This document shows positions 53,331 to 58,425 of a stretch of 58,425 bases of DNA, in pieces; the stretch's first letter is position 1; each line of letters begins with the position of its first letter. Source of the DNA: Mesotaenium endlicherianum (taxonomy: Eukaryota). The notes below the pieces were generated by a model, which did no database searches, was not told the origin of the DNA, and saw nothing but the letters and a program-made list of their open reading frames with translations. The translations under genes were made by a program, and so were the position numbers. The DNA is taken from NCBI GenBank assembly GCA_009602735.1, contig WELA01003449.1, positions 481,647 through 540,071 of the forward strand, read 5' to 3'.

Positions 53331-54545
53331 GAGTGGAGAGCAACTATGATCTCGAGTCGCTCAAAAACCTACCTGCTGGGTGAATAAGAGTCTCTTATGG
53401 CATATACCTAATTTTGATACCCCAACTACTTTTTCTGAATTTATATGACTGCTTGCAAGAGAAGTTACAAATGATTGTCCGTAGCACACACTACGTACCC
53501 CTTCCTGATTACAAGCTAATTGCGGTGTACATAATATTGTTCAATATACCGTTCGGCACAGGAGGGAAGAACTTTATGAGGAAGCTTTTGAATCTAAGAG
53601 TTTAGACCATAATAAACAGCAACTAAAGTTTGTATGTGAGGGAGATGAAAGAAACGCCATGGCTTCCACTCTCACCTAAGATTCTATCTTAATCCGCCTT
53701 CCTCTGGCTACTACTATGAAACGTACAAAGAACCTTAATTTATGCCAAGAGTATGTAGACGTGCACAGAAGACTGTACTGTTAGGACGACAAATTTAAGA
53801 GCCCTGCTTAGAACAACCAGTAAGTAATTAGAATTTAATGAAAAAAGAGGGGGAGGAGTTCCTAACGCGTGTGGCGCGGAAGTGTTTGATTGTCATGAGA
53901 TGTACGTCCGGACGCGAAAATCTGGTGTCCATAATTTGGCCCGCCTGGGATGCATGTGTCAGAAAATTAGCATGGTATTGAGTAGCTTCTACAATTCAGC
54001 AATGACGTTGGTTGCAGGTTGATCCAGCATTGGTCCATCTTGCAGAATATTGAAATATCCTCACGCTGCGAAAGTAGACCACGAATGCGGAACAATAAGG
54101 GTGACGATCCATACCATTTGAAATCAACTCATGGTACTTTGATAGCAAGCGGGGATAAAAACGCCTCCTTTGAGGCGAAGAAGATATGACTCATGTTATA
54201 ATGCAACGGCAAGGACCCCTTTACACCCCAATCAGAATTACATTTGCAATTTTCGCATACCTCCAAAAAGAAGAAAGAACAGTGCGCATACACCACTGGC
54301 AGTCTGACTAGCTACACTCCCGGTGCACGCCTTCCTCTTGGATTTGAAGGCCCAAAAGCAAAGGAACCCCTTGGCAGAAAGAAAACGTAATATACTTCCT
54401 CTCCGTCCCCCCGGTTGCACCCTTAACTTGCTGCTCTTCTTTCTCCTGCTTATGCATCTCCACATCTCCCCGGCCCTCCTCATGTCACGACTTCTGCATC
54501 TGAAATGTCTCTTACTTTCAATTTCTCGGTTCACGACTCCTTCCC

Positions 54546-57503
54546 TCACTTCATCACAAAGGACTTGGACCACGTCTTGCCGCCCGTGCTGCGCAATCCG
54601 ACACGGGGCAGCAAACAGCAAGGACGAGATAAGGTGAAGCTCTCGCTGCATGCACACGACGGAGGCCTCCGGACCCTGCTCGAAGATTCGGTGGGAAATC
54701 TCATGCTTGACATTCATTCCTGTCGTTAAGCCTCGATAACAGAAGCCTCTTCCTTCCGCCTCGGCCGTTTTTTAGAGTTCATGACTTGACGCCAACGCCA
54801 CAAGTGACGCTTACATATATGAAGAGGAGAAAACGCTAGGACGTCAAGATTTATCACGTCGGGCGTCTACTCGAACCGCACACGAGCAGCTACAAGCTTG
54901 GCGCGCGAGGTCGAGCCGACAATGGGCACAGACAGGTGCCAGGGTGGCGGTGCAGGCAGGAGAGAGAGCAGGAGAAGAACAAAGACTTGTGGAAAAAGCT
55001 CTCAGTAGGAATGCAAGCCCCCCACCCCCCCCTCCCCCCNGCGCTCCCCCCTGGCGCCCCCCCCTGCGCCCCCTACCTCCTTGACAGCACAGGAGCCTGA
55101 GAGAACTCTGAGGAAGGCAGACACGCTATACCGCATCACAGCATCGGGGAAAGGGAGGGCAAGCGCAAGCCCTCTCACGTGTAGTCGAGCCGGATGTCGA
55201 GGAAGCGGTTGAGCTCCGTGTTGCGCGTGACTCTGATGGTCCCCTCCACCACCTGGTCCTGGTCCAGCCCCACGGGCTCGTCGATGTACAGCACCGTCTG
55301 TGCGCGCGACAGGTGGGCCCCAGCCCCGCACCGCAAGCGCAAGACCGGCCGGGCGGCGTCAGATGACAGGCGAAGCGGGCGACAGGTGTCAGTCAACAGG
55401 AGGACCATAAGCCGGGCCGATTGGATTAGTCCCTTAACAGGCAATTAAACAAGCGCATGAACACCCCTCTCGCAGCCTGATCTGACAGCAGGCATACCCT
55501 CGCAGCGGGACTCAAATCTCCCCTGATTACATTCACCTTGGCAGTGGCGAAACGTGAGACGTGTGCAACATTGCAATTACAGCACCAGAGGAAAAGCTCC
55601 CCTGCCAGAGCTTTAACGCATCTGGACGCAGAAGACGGAGGGCGAGGAGATCGAGGGGGGCGTAGGGACTTATTCAGCGTACCTGGACCCAGTGGGTGGG
55701 CTCTTCCTCGGGCGCCGTCGTCAACACAACGCACTTCTTATCCCCCTTGCCCTTCCCCCCGCTGCCAGCTGGTTTGCCGTTGAGCTTGGGGCCCTGGGGT
55801 GTGGACGCGCTGCCACCTGTTGCGCCGCCGCTTCCTGATGCTGGCTCCTGTGCCGGGCTCGCACTGCTGCCAGGTGTCGCATCGGCGCTCGACACCGCGG
55901 AGACCGCGGGCGCCGCCGCTGCGGGGCCGCCCGGCGAGGGGCCCTCGAAGGAAACGTCGAACCAGAGCGCAAAGCCGTGCAGGGGGGCTGCGCACACGCG
56001 CGCGCGCGCACAAAGAGTGCGAGCGGTTTGAGGCGGGGACGTCGCAGACGACAGTGTCCCACGTGTTGTGGTGCGTAAAGGTGAGCGCTAGCAGGCCTTG
56101 GTGGGGATGTTGCAGAGAATTGAGTGTTCTTTCTGAATTGGCATGTGAGTGTGCATGTCAGCAAGGAGAGTGACGAAATACGCATGCATGTGCATGCAAA
56201 CGTCCGCACACCCTCATGCATACGCACACACGCGCACGCACGCACGCACGCACATGCACACTCCTCAAAGTACAGGCATAGAAGCACGTACGAGGAACAG
56301 GAAAGAGAGGACACACACAAACACACACATACACACAGAGTGAGAGACACACACAAAGAGAGGAATAGAGGGTGAGAGTATTGCGCACCCATCATCATGG
56401 ACGAGACAGAGAAGCTGGTTGTGATCTCGCTGATGTCCTCCACCGTCACCGTCTTGCAATCTATGGTCTTGATCTGCACACACACACACACGCATGCATA
56501 CACGCACCCCAACACACAGGCCCACAAACACGTAAGAATACAGAGGCACACCGACACAGGCTCACACACACACACGCGCAGAGAGACACGCAAAGATGTA
56601 TGACGGTCAAGGGAAAAGCGAGGCCCTCACATTCATACACACATCGGCATTCACGTGCAGGCACACAAAGACGTAGGCTGGAGACGGCAGCAGCGCCGTC
56701 AGATGCGTCAGGTGGGCTGCCTTGCTGGCAGCAGCTGGACTTAGTCGGCTGCCAGGTGGCCACTCAGAAGCTGCTGCTGTGCATATCAATGGCCAGGTGG
56801 CCAAATGGCCAGTTGGCCATGTGAGCACTCTGATGTACTCCCAAGAGCTCACGACTGAAGCGGTGGAATGCATGCGCCCCACTTCTCCAAGCAAGCAAGC
56901 ATAACAACAAGCCAGTAGGTGGCTTTCTGAGTCTCATCACTTATCAATAAATGATGATGATAAACGATGGAATGATTGAGGGCGGAAGCACAAGAGAGAT
57001 GGAGTTGGTACGCAAGTGGGAGAGGAGCAGGAAGGAGAGTGCTGACGCCCTGTAGGAGGTAAGAAGCCCCCCATCGCCCATAAATGTAGCGCAGTGTCTG
57101 GAGTTGAGGAAAAAGAACTCAATTCTGATAACTCTGCAAGCAAAAGGCAGAGCAAACAAAACAGCTGCTGCAAGGCGCAAGTGCAGGACGAGAACAACGG
57201 CAGGAGTACCGGGGGGGAGGAAGGAAGAGAAGGAAGAGAAGGATGAGAAAGAGGGGGAGAAGGAGGGAGAGGAGGAGGAGGCCAAGGAGGAGGATGAGGA
57301 GGGCGAGGATGAAGCATGAGATGAGGACGATGAGGAGAGAGAGGAGGAGGAGGACGATGAGAAGGGAGAGGAGGAGGAGGAGGAGGAGGAGGAGGAGGGA
57401 GTGCTCACGAGGGCGGGCCACGAGAGGATGTTTTCGGTTGCGACGCTCTCCACGCACGGCTCGCCAAAGAAACACTTCTTGGCCGCCGGAATCATGGCCG
57501 ACA
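54546..57503 (-). CDS. PRMT6: Protein arginine N-methyltransferase 6-like (3' part; 5' exons lie beyond the window)
   Basis: Five in-phase exons on minus: 57503-57409, 56473-56389, 55987-55683, 55297-55179, 54588-54546 (TGA). Motifs EPCVESVATENILSWP, APLHGFALWFDV, LTTAPEEEPTHWVQT (THW loop), NRFLDIRLDY and KSFVMK*. Confidence 0.9.
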
Positions 57504-58425
57504 CTGCAAATCATGGTGCACACATGCACAGGGCCCCCCTCGCTGTCAGTTGTGCAAGGCGCAGGCGCAGGTGCGGGTGAGAGGGAACGCATTCGCGGCC
57601 CCCATCACCTCAGTCGTGCAAGCTGCAGCAGGGGGTGGGAGAAATAACGCATCCACCACGAGAAGCTCATTGTTTCTGCCTTGCACCAGCCGTCGCTGTC
57701 ACCGTGCGAGGGGCCGCAGCACGGTGAGAGCAAGTGCGTCTCCGATACAAGTTCAGCCTTGAGTCTGAGTTCCCGCGCGCCTGGCTGTCAGCTGCCAGGC
57801 ACCAGCAACATCAACAGCAGCAGCAGCAGCAACAGCCCTGGCTGTCTGCGGGGCAGTCAGATCGCAGGCAATCTCAGGAGAGGCATGAGTGTTAGCAGGT
57901 TAAGCTTTCAGGTATAAGACATTTAATAGGGGTGTAGGGCTTTGGCTGCATGATTTTGGCTTTTTAAGGCTTCCAATTAGGGTGCAGCATTTTGGATTTT
58001 GCTTTGGCGATTGGCACGCAGCCCCCTCTCCTGCTTTGCCCGTGAGGCTCCATCCATGTGAGCACGCACGATTGCAAAATACGCAGACTGCAAGAGAGGG
58101 AGGGCAAGAGAGCGAGATTCTCTTTTGAAGCAGAGCCACAGCAAGCTGTGCCCCTGCACAAGAACCCACGAGAGAGACAGCTGTACTCGTCTACATATCC
58201 TCTTCCCCAATGAGCAAAGGAGCTAGGGCACAGCTTCCCCTCTCAGTGTGGTCTTTGAGGACAAGTGGCACCGCTGTGAAAGGGACGTAAGTCCGCACAA
58301 GAGAGGAAGAGCGGGCCGCGCCTCGGGGTGCACAGGTGGCGCCTAGTCAGCAGAGCGCGTTCAGAGCGCAATGCCACTTTCCGGATGATGAGGAGAACCA
58401 GAGCTTTGGTCCCCCCTCCCCCCCC

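Larger units (their letters stand above)
49051..53958 (+). mobile_element. Decayed two-gene DNA transposon of the Transib/RAG1-like or CMC (Chapaev/Mirage) clan
   Basis: Ends CACATGCACCCC (49051-49062) and reverse complement CACATGCATCCC (53947-53958); TC on both flanks; AT-richer, microsatellite-free interior holding a DDE transposase pseudogene and a convergent second pseudogene. Confidence 0.75.

Noticed and set aside
53920..53958. A 23-RSS counterpart at the right transposon end
   Set aside because: Positions for a 12- or 23-nt spacer match the nonamer at only 4 of 9 bases.

Overview
Eukaryotic, intron-rich nuclear DNA, most likely from a green plant or streptophyte alga (plant-type orthologues, GC-rich exons, microsatellite-filled introns, N gaps beside the repeats). 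Five spliced host genes were rebuilt by hand from GT-AG junctions with consistent phases: the 3' part of a DHX35/DEAH9-like RNA helicase (+), a complete K+-dependent vacuolar H+-pyrophosphatase (-), a Deg9-like HtrA protease with a long acidic AT-hook N-terminus (-), a METTL21-family lysine methyltransferase (+), and the 3' part of PRMT6 (-). Bases 13.8-28.7 kb are a retrotransposon cluster: an ORF-intact Ty3/gypsy chromovirus, two oppositely oriented copies of a second LTR family carrying an unexplained extra ORF, a TRIM-like mini element and a decayed copy of the first family. The most notable feature is a decayed ~4.9-kb DNA transposon (49051-53958) with CAC-initiated terminal inverted repeats. 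It encodes a RAG1/Transib/Chapaev-type DDE transposase plus a convergently transcribed second gene, a ProtoRAG-like layout in a plant-lineage genome. All family assignments come from motif recognition, not database searches.
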